Shown here piece after piece: positions 45,112 to 54,096 of a stretch of 64,000 nt of DNA. Each line of letters opens with the position of its first letter. Position 1 is the stretch's first letter. The translations under genes were made by a program, and so were the position numbers. The DNA is from Minisyncoccota bacterium (lineage in GTDB: Bacteria; Patescibacteriota; Minisyncoccia; Phycocordibacterales; UBA9973). The notes below the pieces were generated by a model, which searched no databases, had not been told where the DNA came from, and saw only the letters and a program-made list of their open reading frames with translations. The stretch lies in contig JBAZVG010000001.1 of NCBI GenBank assembly GCA_041661005.1, forward strand, positions 114,116 to 178,115. Reading direction: 5' to 3'.

Positions 45112-45465
45112 ATGCGACACAGCAATAACAAAAGAAAATTTGGCAGAGTTAGAAAAGTGAGAATTGCCTTGATCAATTCTTTGGCGCTCAATTTGATCGT
45201 GCGTGGGAAGATAAAAACTACAGAGCCGAAAGCAAAAGAATTAAGGCCTTTTATTGAAAAGATTGTGACTAATGCAAAAAAAGGAAGCATGGCTGCTCGT
45301 CGTCTGATAATTTCTCAGCTTTCAAACAGACGTCCTGAGGTCAAGAAACTTTTTGATGTGATTGCGCCAAAATATAAAGAGAGAAGTGGAGGATATACCA
45401 GAGTTTTAAAGTTGGGTGCCAGAAAGTCCGATGGCGCTAAAATGGCGATAATAGAATTTGTATAA
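45112..45465 (+). CDS. rplQ: 50S ribosomal protein L17
   Basis: MRHSNNKRKFGRVRKVRIALINSLA. Confidence 0.9.
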   Translation: MRHSNNKRKFGRVRKVRIALINSLALNLIVRGKIKTTEPKAKELRPFIEKIVTNAKKGSMAARRLIISQLSNRRPEVKKLFDVIAPKYKERSGGYTRVLKLGARKSDGAKMAIIEFV

Positions 45466-45838
45466 AATTTTTATGAAAAATGTTAAAACACAAAAAGAAA
45501 TAATAATCGATAGCAGCGGACGGACGCTTGGTCGTGTTGCCAGTGAAGTTGCGATGTCTCTGATGGGCAAGACTAAGGCTACTTTTGAACGCAACAAATA
45601 TTGTGGCATGCCTGTAAAAGTTGTGAATGCCTCAAAACTTAGCATTACTCCTAAAAAATTGGAATCGATTTATCATACGAGATATTCAGGTATTCCGGGA
45701 GGTTTGCGTATTGTAAAAGGAACAGAAACAGCCGAAAAAATGGGATTATCCGAGCTGGTAAAACTTGCGACTTATCAAATGTTGCCTTCGAACAAGTTGC
45801 GAAGAGTAATGATGAAAAATTTAAAAGTAGAAGACTAA
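45458..45838 (+). CDS. rplM: 50S ribosomal protein L13
   Basis: IIDSSGRTLGRVASEVAMSLMGK. Confidence 0.85.
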   Translation: MYKIFMKNVKTQKEIIIDSSGRTLGRVASEVAMSLMGKTKATFERNKYCGMPVKVVNASKLSITPKKLESIYHTRYSGIPGGLRIVKGTETAEKMGLSELVKLATYQMLPSNKLRRVMMKNLKVED

Positions 45839-45847
45839 TAAAAAAGA

Positions 45848-46276
45848 ATGGATAAAGAAACAAAAAAAGAAAAATATATTGAGGCGGTGGGAAGACGAAA
45901 AACTTCAACTGCGAGAGTTCGCATTTTTGAATCTTCCAAGGCGGTTTTTTCAGTGAACGGAATTGACAGCAAAGAATATTTTAAAACAGAAGGCGAGCGT
46001 CGTTTGGTTTTAGATCCAATGATAAAAGGTTTAAAGACGGAACCAGGCAAGACGAGTTCAAAATGGAATGTGGAAGTGCACGTAAAAGGTGGCGGAGTGC
46101 ATAGTCAAGCGGAAGCAATCAGGCATGGGCTTTCCCGCGCGCTTGCGGAATTTAATCCTGAAAACCGCGGAGAATTGAAAGATTTAGGATTTTTAAAGCG
46201 CGATCCTCGTGCTAAGGAACGTCGCAAATTCGGACTCAAGAAAGCTCGCAAGGCGCCTCAGTGGTCAAAGAGATAA
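45848..46276 (+). CDS. rpsI: 30S ribosomal protein S9
   Basis: GRRKTSTARV...VKGGGVHSQAEAIRHGLSRAL...RDPRAKERRKFGLKKARKAPQWSKR. Confidence 0.9.
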   Translation: MDKETKKEKYIEAVGRRKTSTARVRIFESSKAVFSVNGIDSKEYFKTEGERRLVLDPMIKGLKTEPGKTSSKWNVEVHVKGGGVHSQAEAIRHGLSRALAEFNPENRGELKDLGFLKRDPRAKERRKFGLKKARKAPQWSKR

Positions 46277-46294
46277 AATTTTCAAAATATCTTT

Positions 46295-46415
46295 TTAAGG
46301 GGTTTGGCGAGCGACGGCGAGCCAATTTCAGGATTTTTTAAGCTTCAAAAAATCCGTACCGGCAAAAAGATTATTTTGAGAATTTTACTTAGATGTTTTT
46401 TATGCTAAAATAACC
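46295..46415 (+). promoter_or_regulatory. conserved upstream element (GC hairpin plus GGATTTTTT-N7-AAAAAATCC inverted repeat) and extended -10 for grpE
   Basis: The identical 34-mer CAGGATTTTTTAAGCTTCAAAAAATCCGTACCGG (46329..46362) also occurs, inverted, at 55986..56019. Flanks are conserved over about 90 nt. TGCTAAAAT lies 6 nt before the grpE ATG. Confidence 0.55.
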
Positions 46416-46417
46416 TT

Positions 46418-47050
46418 ATGTCAGACGAAGAAACCAAAAAACCTGAAGAAAATAAACCCCTCGAGGTTGCTCGGGACGATTCTACTGAATCGGATGATTC
46501 AGAAGTTGTGGATGTTGTCTTTAACGAAGACGGGGAGGAAGATCTCAAGAAAACTCTTAAGAAACTAAGGGAAGATTTGAAAGTATGCAAAAAAGAAAAA
46601 GAAGAATATCTAACTGGCTGGCAAAAAGAACGGGCGGAGTTTGCTAATTATAGAAAAGGGGAAGATGATCGAAAAGCTATGTTTTCAGAATCAATGCGCG
46701 AACGCATACTGACCAGATTTCTGACTGTATCGGATAGTTTCAACATGGCTTTTGCCAATAAAGAGGCGTGGGAAAAGGTAGATGAAAATTGGAGAAAAGG
46801 CGTAGAATATATTTATGGACAGATGAATACTGTGTTTGAAGAATATGGGGTAAAAGAAATAGGAGAGGTCAATGAAACATTTGATCCAAATATTCATCAG
46901 TCCATGGAAGTTACACCGACTGACAAAAAAGAAAATGACCATAAGGTCTCGACTGTAATCCAAAAGGGATACAAGCTCGGCGAACGTGTCATACGTCCGG
47001 CGAGAGTGAATGTTTATGAATACAGAGAAGAACATAAGTCTGAAAAATAA
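46418..47050 (+). CDS. grpE: nucleotide exchange factor GrpE
   Basis: WQKERAEFANYRKG (like the GrpE QAEFENYRKR segment). C-terminal FDPNIHQSMEV...QKGYKLGERVIRPARVNV. Confidence 0.8.
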   Translation: MSDEETKKPEENKPLEVARDDSTESDDSEVVDVVFNEDGEEDLKKTLKKLREDLKVCKKEKEEYLTGWQKERAEFANYRKGEDDRKAMFSESMRERILTRFLTVSDSFNMAFANKEAWEKVDENWRKGVEYIYGQMNTVFEEYGVKEIGEVNETFDPNIHQSMEVTPTDKKENDHKVSTVIQKGYKLGERVIRPARVNVYEYREEHKSEK

Positions 47051-48689
47051 TATCTGTGAGCATTGCAAACAGAATTTCTCGATAGGAGAAGGAGAATTTT
47101 CTTTATATCAAAAAGTTGGCATCGAATTGCCGACTTTGTGCTTTTTCTGTCGAATAAAATTACATTTTTCTTTTTGGTATTTCGGAAAATTTAGGAAAAG
47201 TAAATCAGATCTTTCGGGGGAAAGTTTGATTACTGTTTTGCCGGAAAAAAATAAATATCCTATATATACTTTAAATGAATGGCATGGTGATAAGTGGAAT
47301 CCGATGGATTACGGAATGGATTACAATCCAGACACTTCGTTTTTAGAACAAATTCAAAATTTACAGGAAAAAGTCCCTCATCCTCACCAAAATGGATCTA
47401 AAAATACAAACTGTGATTATTGCGATGATGTTTGGAATTCTAAAAATTGCTATTTATCTCGCTCGATGGAGAAATGTGAAGATTTGTTTTATTCATACCG
47501 TAATTTAGGAGTTAAGAATTCCATAGATATGAATGTTTGTTTTGATTCAGAAAAATGCTATGACTGCGGAGACTGCCACCATTCATACAAACTTTTTTAC
47601 TCAAGACACTCACGAGATTGCATAGATTCAAGTTTTTTATACGACTGTCGTAATTGCCAAAATTGTTTTATGTCTTGGAATCTTCGAAATAAACAGTACT
47701 GTATAGAAAACAAGCAATATACTAAAGAAGAATATGAAGAAAAACTAAAATCATATAATCTAGAATCCTATAAATCAATTCAGTTTTTTAAAAAACGTTT
47801 TGAAGAAATAGCACAGAAAGAAGTAGTTCATAGGCAAAATTTCAATTTTAAAAATTACAATTCAGACGGAAATTATCTTTTTGATACGAAAAATTGTCAC
47901 AATTGTAATACAGTCAATGAATCCGAAGATTGTCGAAATTGCGTGAGAGGAATTAGTGAAAAATCTAATATTGATGCGAATGGCGTTTGGTATTCTGAAT
48001 TGGCGGGCAATTGCGTTGGCTGTGTTAATGCCTACGCTATTAAATACAGCATGTGGTCTTCCTCTCGTTATTCTGAATATTTAGATTTATGTATTGAATG
48101 CGAATATTGCTTTGGTTGCGTCGGCTTAAAGAAAAAGAAATATTGTATTCTAAACAAGCAATATGACAAACAAGAATATGAAACTCTGAAAAATAAAATC
48201 ATTGGAGATATGAAAAATAGCGGAGAATACGGCAAGTTTCTGCCTTATTCTATGAGCGCCGGACCTTTTAATTTTTCTACCAGTTTTCTTTATTTTCCGG
48301 AAACCAAAAAAGAAGATATCTTAAAACTCGGCGGTTATTGGGAGGATGTTAACGAAAGTCATATAGACGGAATGCTTACAAGTGAACTGCCTGATGATAT
48401 AAAAGATGTACCAGATATCATTATCACTCAAGCGCTTATTTGTCCGGAAACTGGCTGGCGGTTTAATATTGCTCAAAATGAGCTTATTTTTTACAAGGAA
48501 AACAATATTCCACTTCCACGATATCATTTTGATGTTCGCACAAAAAATAGTTTAAAATATTTAACTATTTTGCAATCCTATCCATATATCTGTTTCTATT
48601 GCAAGAAAGATATAGAAGCATATTATTTACCGGAGTGGGGATATGAGAAAATTGCCTGCGAAGAATGTTATAAACAAAATATAGCTTGA
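47010..48689 (+). CDS. cysteine-rich repeat protein, paralog 1 of 4 (559 aa), with N- and C-terminal zinc-ribbon modules
   Basis: N-terminal CEHCKQNFSI...LCFFCR. Many CxxCxxC(F/V)GC repeats. C-terminal NELIFYKENNIPLPR..C..CK. The start overlaps grpE's end in another frame, so the true start is uncertain. Confidence 0.7.
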   Translation: MFMNTEKNISLKNNICEHCKQNFSIGEGEFSLYQKVGIELPTLCFFCRIKLHFSFWYFGKFRKSKSDLSGESLITVLPEKNKYPIYTLNEWHGDKWNPMDYGMDYNPDTSFLEQIQNLQEKVPHPHQNGSKNTNCDYCDDVWNSKNCYLSRSMEKCEDLFYSYRNLGVKNSIDMNVCFDSEKCYDCGDCHHSYKLFYSRHSRDCIDSSFLYDCRNCQNCFMSWNLRNKQYCIENKQYTKEEYEEKLKSYNLESYKSIQFFKKRFEEIAQKEVVHRQNFNFKNYNSDGNYLFDTKNCHNCNTVNESEDCRNCVRGISEKSNIDANGVWYSELAGNCVGCVNAYAIKYSMWSSSRYSEYLDLCIECEYCFGCVGLKKKKYCILNKQYDKQEYETLKNKIIGDMKNSGEYGKFLPYSMSAGPFNFSTSFLYFPETKKEDILKLGGYWEDVNESHIDGMLTSELPDDIKDVPDIIITQALICPETGWRFNIAQNELIFYKENNIPLPRYHFDVRTKNSLKYLTILQSYPYICFYCKKDIEAYYLPEWGYEKIACEECYKQNIA

Positions 48690-48749
48690 GGATTTTAATT
48701 TATACCTGCCCGCAATGCTACGCATAGCGTTGCAGGCGGGTGAAAAAAT

Positions 48750-50465
48750 ATGAACAAAGACTGTAAGAATTGTAAGACAACTTTTGAAATAACCAATGAA
48801 GATATGGGTTTTTACGAACGTATTAAAGTTCCACCGCCGACGTGGTGTCCGATATGTCGCCAACTTCGTCGTTATGCATGGAGGAACGAACGAGTTTTGT
48901 ATAGACGAAATTGCGACCTTTGCGGGAAGAGCACAGTGACCATTTATTCTCCGAACAAGCCATACAAAGTTTACTGCGTAGATTGCTGGTGGGGAGATGA
49001 TTGGGATTTTTCTTCATACGGACGGGATTTTGATTTTTCCCGATCTTTTTTTGAGCAATTTGCTGAATTACAGCGTGAAGTGCCTCGCATGGCGTTCTTG
49101 AACAAGAGAAGCGTTAATTCTGAATACACAAACCATTCTGGAGATAATAAGAATGTTTATCTTTCTTTTACAACTTTTTACAGCGAGAATGTTATGTATA
49201 GCACTTGGATAAGGACGTCGCAAGATTGTATGGATTGCAGTTTTATTTATGATAAAGGGGAACGTCTGTATGAAACGATGGATTCTCGTTATTCGTATCA
49301 ATGTCAATATGGGATCTTTTTAAAAGATTGTTCAACTTGTTATTATTGTTATGATTGTCATGGGTGCAATGAATGTTTTATGTCTTCGAATTTACGCAAC
49401 AAAAGTTATGTTTTTAAAAATAAACAATACTCTCGTGAAGAATATCTAAAAAAGAAAAAAGAATATGAATTATGTTCTTTTGTGACGAGAGAAGGATTGA
49501 ATAAAGAATTTAAAGATTTATTGGAACAAAGCGCTATTCATCGTTATGTTGTCAGCGAAAGGAGTATTAATTCCAGTGGATCTTTGCTCTATGATTGCAA
49601 AAACGTCATTGATTCTTTTGAGATGGATAGAAGCGAGGATTGTAAATATGTCTATGGAGGTATTGAAACAAAAGATTGCATGGATCTATATCATGTGGGT
49701 TGGAATACAGAACTTTGTTACGAGTGTCATGGATGTACGCGTCTTTCCAACTGTCAATTTTGTCACTTATGTTATGACGGTATGAATATTTTTTATTCCG
49801 ATACTTGTCAGAATAGTCAAAATCTTTTTGGCTGTGTAAGCGTGAAAAAAGGCGAGTATATGATTTTCAATAAAAAATATAATAAAACTGATTATGAAGT
49901 TTTGAAAGCAAAAATTATTGAACATATGAAAAAGACGGGGGAATATGGAGAATTCTTTCCACCAGAAATCGCTCCGGTGTATTACAATGAGACACAAGGT
50001 AACCTCTATATGCCTATGAAAAAAGAAGAAATTTTAGCAAAAGGCTGGCATTGGGAAGACAATATCCCCGGAACTTTTGGCAAGGAGACAATCTCAAGTG
50101 CAGATATTCCCGACAGAATAGAAGATGTGCCAGATAGTTATTTGACTGAAATTTTTTCTTGTATGGATTGCTCTAAAAATTACAACATAACCCAAAATGA
50201 GCTTATTTTTTATAGGAAAGAAAATATTCCATTTCCAAGACGATGTCCAAATTGTCGTTATGGAAGAAGATTTGACCTCCGACCGATGAGAAAACTTTGG
50301 CACCGTAAATGTATGTGTGACCCGACTTCGCAAAGCTCTGACGGGCGTGGTAAAAATCACTTTCATGGAGAGAAAAAATGTGAAGTTGAATTTGACACCT
50401 GTTATGCGCCGGATAGGTCGGAAAAAGTGTACTGTGAGACCTGTTATAACAAAGAAGTTTATTAA
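48750..50465 (+). CDS. cysteine-rich repeat protein, paralog 2 (571 aa)
   Basis: CKNCKTTFEITNEDMGFYERIKVPPPTWCPICR. Central CYYCYDCHGCNEC. C-terminal NELIFYRKENIPFPRRCPNCR...VYCETCYNKEVY. Confidence 0.8.
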   Translation: MNKDCKNCKTTFEITNEDMGFYERIKVPPPTWCPICRQLRRYAWRNERVLYRRNCDLCGKSTVTIYSPNKPYKVYCVDCWWGDDWDFSSYGRDFDFSRSFFEQFAELQREVPRMAFLNKRSVNSEYTNHSGDNKNVYLSFTTFYSENVMYSTWIRTSQDCMDCSFIYDKGERLYETMDSRYSYQCQYGIFLKDCSTCYYCYDCHGCNECFMSSNLRNKSYVFKNKQYSREEYLKKKKEYELCSFVTREGLNKEFKDLLEQSAIHRYVVSERSINSSGSLLYDCKNVIDSFEMDRSEDCKYVYGGIETKDCMDLYHVGWNTELCYECHGCTRLSNCQFCHLCYDGMNIFYSDTCQNSQNLFGCVSVKKGEYMIFNKKYNKTDYEVLKAKIIEHMKKTGEYGEFFPPEIAPVYYNETQGNLYMPMKKEEILAKGWHWEDNIPGTFGKETISSADIPDRIEDVPDSYLTEIFSCMDCSKNYNITQNELIFYRKENIPFPRRCPNCRYGRRFDLRPMRKLWHRKCMCDPTSQSSDGRGKNHFHGEKKCEVEFDTCYAPDRSEKVYCETCYNKEVY

Positions 50466-50517
50466 AATGTTTACTTTATCCAACTAAATTACTTTACTTA
50501 ACTAAAGTAGACAAAAA

Positions 50518-52284
50518 ATGGAATATAAGAATGAAAATAGAATATGTCAAAATTGCAAGAAAGACTTCACCATCGAGCCGGAGGATTTTAATTTTTACGA
50601 AAAGATGAAAGTTCCTCCACCGACTTTTTGTCCACTTTGTCGGGCAGAAAGAAGAGCGACTTTTAGAAATGAGAGAAAACTTTTTAAGGTCAAGGATGTC
50701 TTGACCGGGAGAGGTATCTTCTCACTTTTTCCTGATGAGGCTGGAAACAAATCTACCACGGAGGAAGAGTGGTTCAGTGATAATTTTGATGCTATGGAGT
50801 ATGCTCGGGATTATGATTTTTCAAAAAACTTCTTTGAACAACTGTTTGAATTAAAAAAAGAAGTGCCGGTTTTTTCTTTGAGGGTAGAATTTATGGTGAA
50901 TAGTCCATATAGCGCAAATGCGACTGCTCTTAAAAACTGCTACCTATGTTTTAATTCTAATACTTCTGAAGATTGCATGTATGGTAATGCCACTGATTTT
51001 AGCAAAGATTGTATCGACAATTCTCATATCAGTCAATCGGAGCGATGTTATGAATGTTTTTGGTTGAGACATTGTTACCAATGTTATTTTACAATAATGT
51101 GTGGAGATTCACATAATATGTGGTTTTCTCGAGATTGTCATGGGTGTAATGATTGTTTTGGGTGTATAAATTTAACAAAAGCGTCGTATTGTATTTTTAA
51201 CAAGAAATATTCTAAAGAGGATTATCAAAATAAAATTGCAAAGATGGGCTTAAATACAATTTCTGGATTAAAAAAGGCGCGAGAAAAGTCCAGAATTTTT
51301 TGGCAGAGTCATATAAGACGATATCAACAAGGTACAAAAAATTTAAACTCAACTGGTTCGTATGTAACAGATTGCAAAAATGTGAATGACAGTTTTTTAA
51401 TACGAGAAGGGGAAAATATGAAATACTGCCAGTATTTACAAGTTCCGAGAAACAAAGATTGTTATGATGCTTTTGCTTGGGGAGCAAACATGGAAATGCA
51501 TTATGAGACTTGTCTTTCTGGTGGAAATACTTTCAATATGAAATTTTGCGATAATTGTTGGCCAAATTGTAGAAACCTTGAGTATTGTGCGCACATGTTC
51601 AGTTCTTCTGATTGTTTTGGTTGTGTTGGATTAAAGAAAAAACAATATTGTATTTTCAACAAGCAGTATGAAAAAGAAAAATATTTTGAGATGGTTGAAA
51701 AAATAAAAAAACACATGGATGAAGTACCCTATTATGATAAAAAAGGCAATATGTATAAATATGGGGAATTTTTCCCGATCGAACATTCACAATTTGGATA
51801 TAATAATTCGACCGCTATTCAGTATTTTTCAATGACAAAAGAGAAAGCAAAAGAAAACGGTTATTTATGGATTGATGTTCCTCGTGGTGAATATAAAATT
51901 ACAAAAAAAGCATCAGAACTTGTGGAATCAATTGACGGAGTTACTGATCAAATTTTAAAAGAAGTTGTCGAATGTGAAAATTGTAAAAATCCGTATCGTA
52001 TTTTAGAAAACGAATTTATATTTTACAAAAAAGAGAATCTTCCACTTCCGACAATGTGTCATGAATGTAGATTTGAGAGAAGAATCGCGGATAGACTGAA
52101 ATTTGAATTATATGAAAGATCTTGCATGTGTACTGGGAAAACTGATAACACTGGAATTTATGAAAATACTACAAAGCATATTCATGGTAATGAACTCTGT
52201 GGGGAAGAATTTAAAACAGGATATTCTCCCGACCGCCCAGAAATAGTTTACTGCGAGAAATGTTATCAGCAGGAGGTTTACTAA
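50518..52284 (+). CDS. cysteine-rich repeat protein, paralog 3 (588 aa)
   Basis: MEYKNENRICQNCKKDFTIEPEDFNFYEKMKVPPPTFCP... ends SPDRPEIVYCEKCYQQEVY. Confidence 0.8.
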   Translation: MEYKNENRICQNCKKDFTIEPEDFNFYEKMKVPPPTFCPLCRAERRATFRNERKLFKVKDVLTGRGIFSLFPDEAGNKSTTEEEWFSDNFDAMEYARDYDFSKNFFEQLFELKKEVPVFSLRVEFMVNSPYSANATALKNCYLCFNSNTSEDCMYGNATDFSKDCIDNSHISQSERCYECFWLRHCYQCYFTIMCGDSHNMWFSRDCHGCNDCFGCINLTKASYCIFNKKYSKEDYQNKIAKMGLNTISGLKKAREKSRIFWQSHIRRYQQGTKNLNSTGSYVTDCKNVNDSFLIREGENMKYCQYLQVPRNKDCYDAFAWGANMEMHYETCLSGGNTFNMKFCDNCWPNCRNLEYCAHMFSSSDCFGCVGLKKKQYCIFNKQYEKEKYFEMVEKIKKHMDEVPYYDKKGNMYKYGEFFPIEHSQFGYNNSTAIQYFSMTKEKAKENGYLWIDVPRGEYKITKKASELVESIDGVTDQILKEVVECENCKNPYRILENEFIFYKKENLPLPTMCHECRFERRIADRLKFELYERSCMCTGKTDNTGIYENTTKHIHGNELCGEEFKTGYSPDRPEIVYCEKCYQQEVY

Positions 52285-52336
52285 AATGTTTACTTTATCC
52301 AACTAAATTACTTTACTTAACTAAAGTAGATAAAAA

Positions 52337-54094
52337 ATGGAATATAAGAATGAAAATAGAATATGTCAAAACTGCAAGAAAGATTTCACCATCGAGCCGG
52401 AGGATTTTAATTTTTACGAAAAGATGAAAGTTCCTCCACCGACTTTTTGTCCGGAGTGCAGATTGCAACGCAGAATGGTCTGGCGTAATGATTGGCACTT
52501 ATTTAAGAAAAAAGATGCACGAACAGGTGAAGAGATTTTCTCCTTTTTACCCGAAGAAAGTCCTGCAAAAATTTATGACAGGGATTACTGGATTTCTGAC
52601 GCCTGGGATCCTATGAAACATGGTCGTGATTATAATTTTTCTAGACCATTTTTTGAGCAATTTAAAGAATTACTCTATGAAGTGCCCCTTCCAGCTCATT
52701 CCATGTTTGATATAGTTAATTGTCAGTATTGTACTAATGCTAATAATATTAAAGGCTGTTATCTGGTTCGAGGAGCTTCTTTTACAGAAGATTCCGCTTA
52801 TCTTATTTGGGATCAGGAATCAAAGCAATGTCTTGATAGTCATATGACTAATAAATGTGAATTGAGTTATGGAAATGTTGACACTTCCACTTGTTATAGA
52901 ACTTTTTTCTCAGTTGATTGTGAAAGTTCTCAAGAATTAATTTTATGTAAAGATTGTGTAGGATGTAATAGTTGCATCGCTTCAATTAGTTTACGAAATA
53001 AATCGTATTGTATTTTTAATGTTCAATATACGAGAGAAGAATATTTAGAAAAATTGAAATCTTTTCACCTAGGTTCAGACAAAGCTTTTCAGAATTTTAA
53101 AAATAAAGCATATAAACATTGGTTGAAATATCCGCAGAAGTTTATTCATAGTCGTCAGAATGTAAATGTTTCCGGAGATTATATTTATGAATCCAAAAAT
53201 GCCCGTGGTTGTTATAGGGTAAGGGAATTAGAAGACTGTAAGTTTGTACAGAATATTTTGATTGGTCCAGCTAAAGATTGTTATGACTATGCGAATTTTG
53301 GCGACAATGCAGAACTTATTTATGAATCGTTAATTGTTGGAAGGGGAGTATCTAATGTCAAATTCTCCACTCAAGCAGTTTCTAATATAAAAAATCTCAC
53401 ATATTGCGTTTTTTGTTTTCCTTCGAATTCAGATTTGTTTGGTTGTGTTTCTTTGCGTAATAAACAGTATTGTATTTTTAATAAACAATACACAAAAGAG
53501 GAATACGAAAAACTTATTCCAAAAATTATTAAACACATGAGTGAAATGCCATTTATTGATAAAAATGGGAGGGTCTATAAATATGGAGAATACTTTCCAA
53601 GTGAATTAACCTATCTTCCTTATAGAGCAACTGCTTCTTATGAATGGTTTCCATTGGATGAGCAAGAGGCAAAGGAAAAAGGATTTTTGTGGTATGAAAC
53701 CGCAAAACAAAATCATAAAATTACTTTAAAAAATAAAGACATTCCAGATGATATTAAAGATGTTGATGAAAGTATCCTTAACCAAATCATTGAATGTGTC
53801 CACCAAGAATCTTGCGAGCATGAATGTACCGGCGCTTTTCGGGTAATCAAAATGGAATTTGATTTTTTGAAGAGAATGAATATTCCATTACCTCGTCTAT
53901 GCACAAATTGTCGTCATTATGAACGTCTTGTGCTTAGGAATCCGCCGAGGTTTTATAATCGAGAGTGTATGTGTAATAAAAACAACCATACACATCATCA
54001 AGGAAAATGCACTACAGAATTTGAAACTTCATATGCTCCAGATAGGCCAGAAATAGTCTACTGCGAGAAATGCTACCAGCAGGAGGTTTATTAG
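52337..54094 (+). CDS. cysteine-rich repeat protein, paralog 4 (585 aa)
   Basis: First 39 aa and last 19 aa identical to paralog 3. Central region diverged. Confidence 0.8.
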   Translation: MEYKNENRICQNCKKDFTIEPEDFNFYEKMKVPPPTFCPECRLQRRMVWRNDWHLFKKKDARTGEEIFSFLPEESPAKIYDRDYWISDAWDPMKHGRDYNFSRPFFEQFKELLYEVPLPAHSMFDIVNCQYCTNANNIKGCYLVRGASFTEDSAYLIWDQESKQCLDSHMTNKCELSYGNVDTSTCYRTFFSVDCESSQELILCKDCVGCNSCIASISLRNKSYCIFNVQYTREEYLEKLKSFHLGSDKAFQNFKNKAYKHWLKYPQKFIHSRQNVNVSGDYIYESKNARGCYRVRELEDCKFVQNILIGPAKDCYDYANFGDNAELIYESLIVGRGVSNVKFSTQAVSNIKNLTYCVFCFPSNSDLFGCVSLRNKQYCIFNKQYTKEEYEKLIPKIIKHMSEMPFIDKNGRVYKYGEYFPSELTYLPYRATASYEWFPLDEQEAKEKGFLWYETAKQNHKITLKNKDIPDDIKDVDESILNQIIECVHQESCEHECTGAFRVIKMEFDFLKRMNIPLPRLCTNCRHYERLVLRNPPRFYNRECMCNKNNHTHHQGKCTTEFETSYAPDRPEIVYCEKCYQQEVY

Positions 54095-54096
54095 TG

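Noticed and set aside
45651-46050. Minus-strand ORFs antisense to rplM/rpsI
   Set aside because: They are antisense to highly conserved ribosomal protein genes.
46277-46417. CIRCE (HrcA) operator upstream of grpE
   Set aside because: I looked for TTAGCACTC-N9-GAGTGCTAA and found none. A different inverted repeat is present instead and is reported as a finding.
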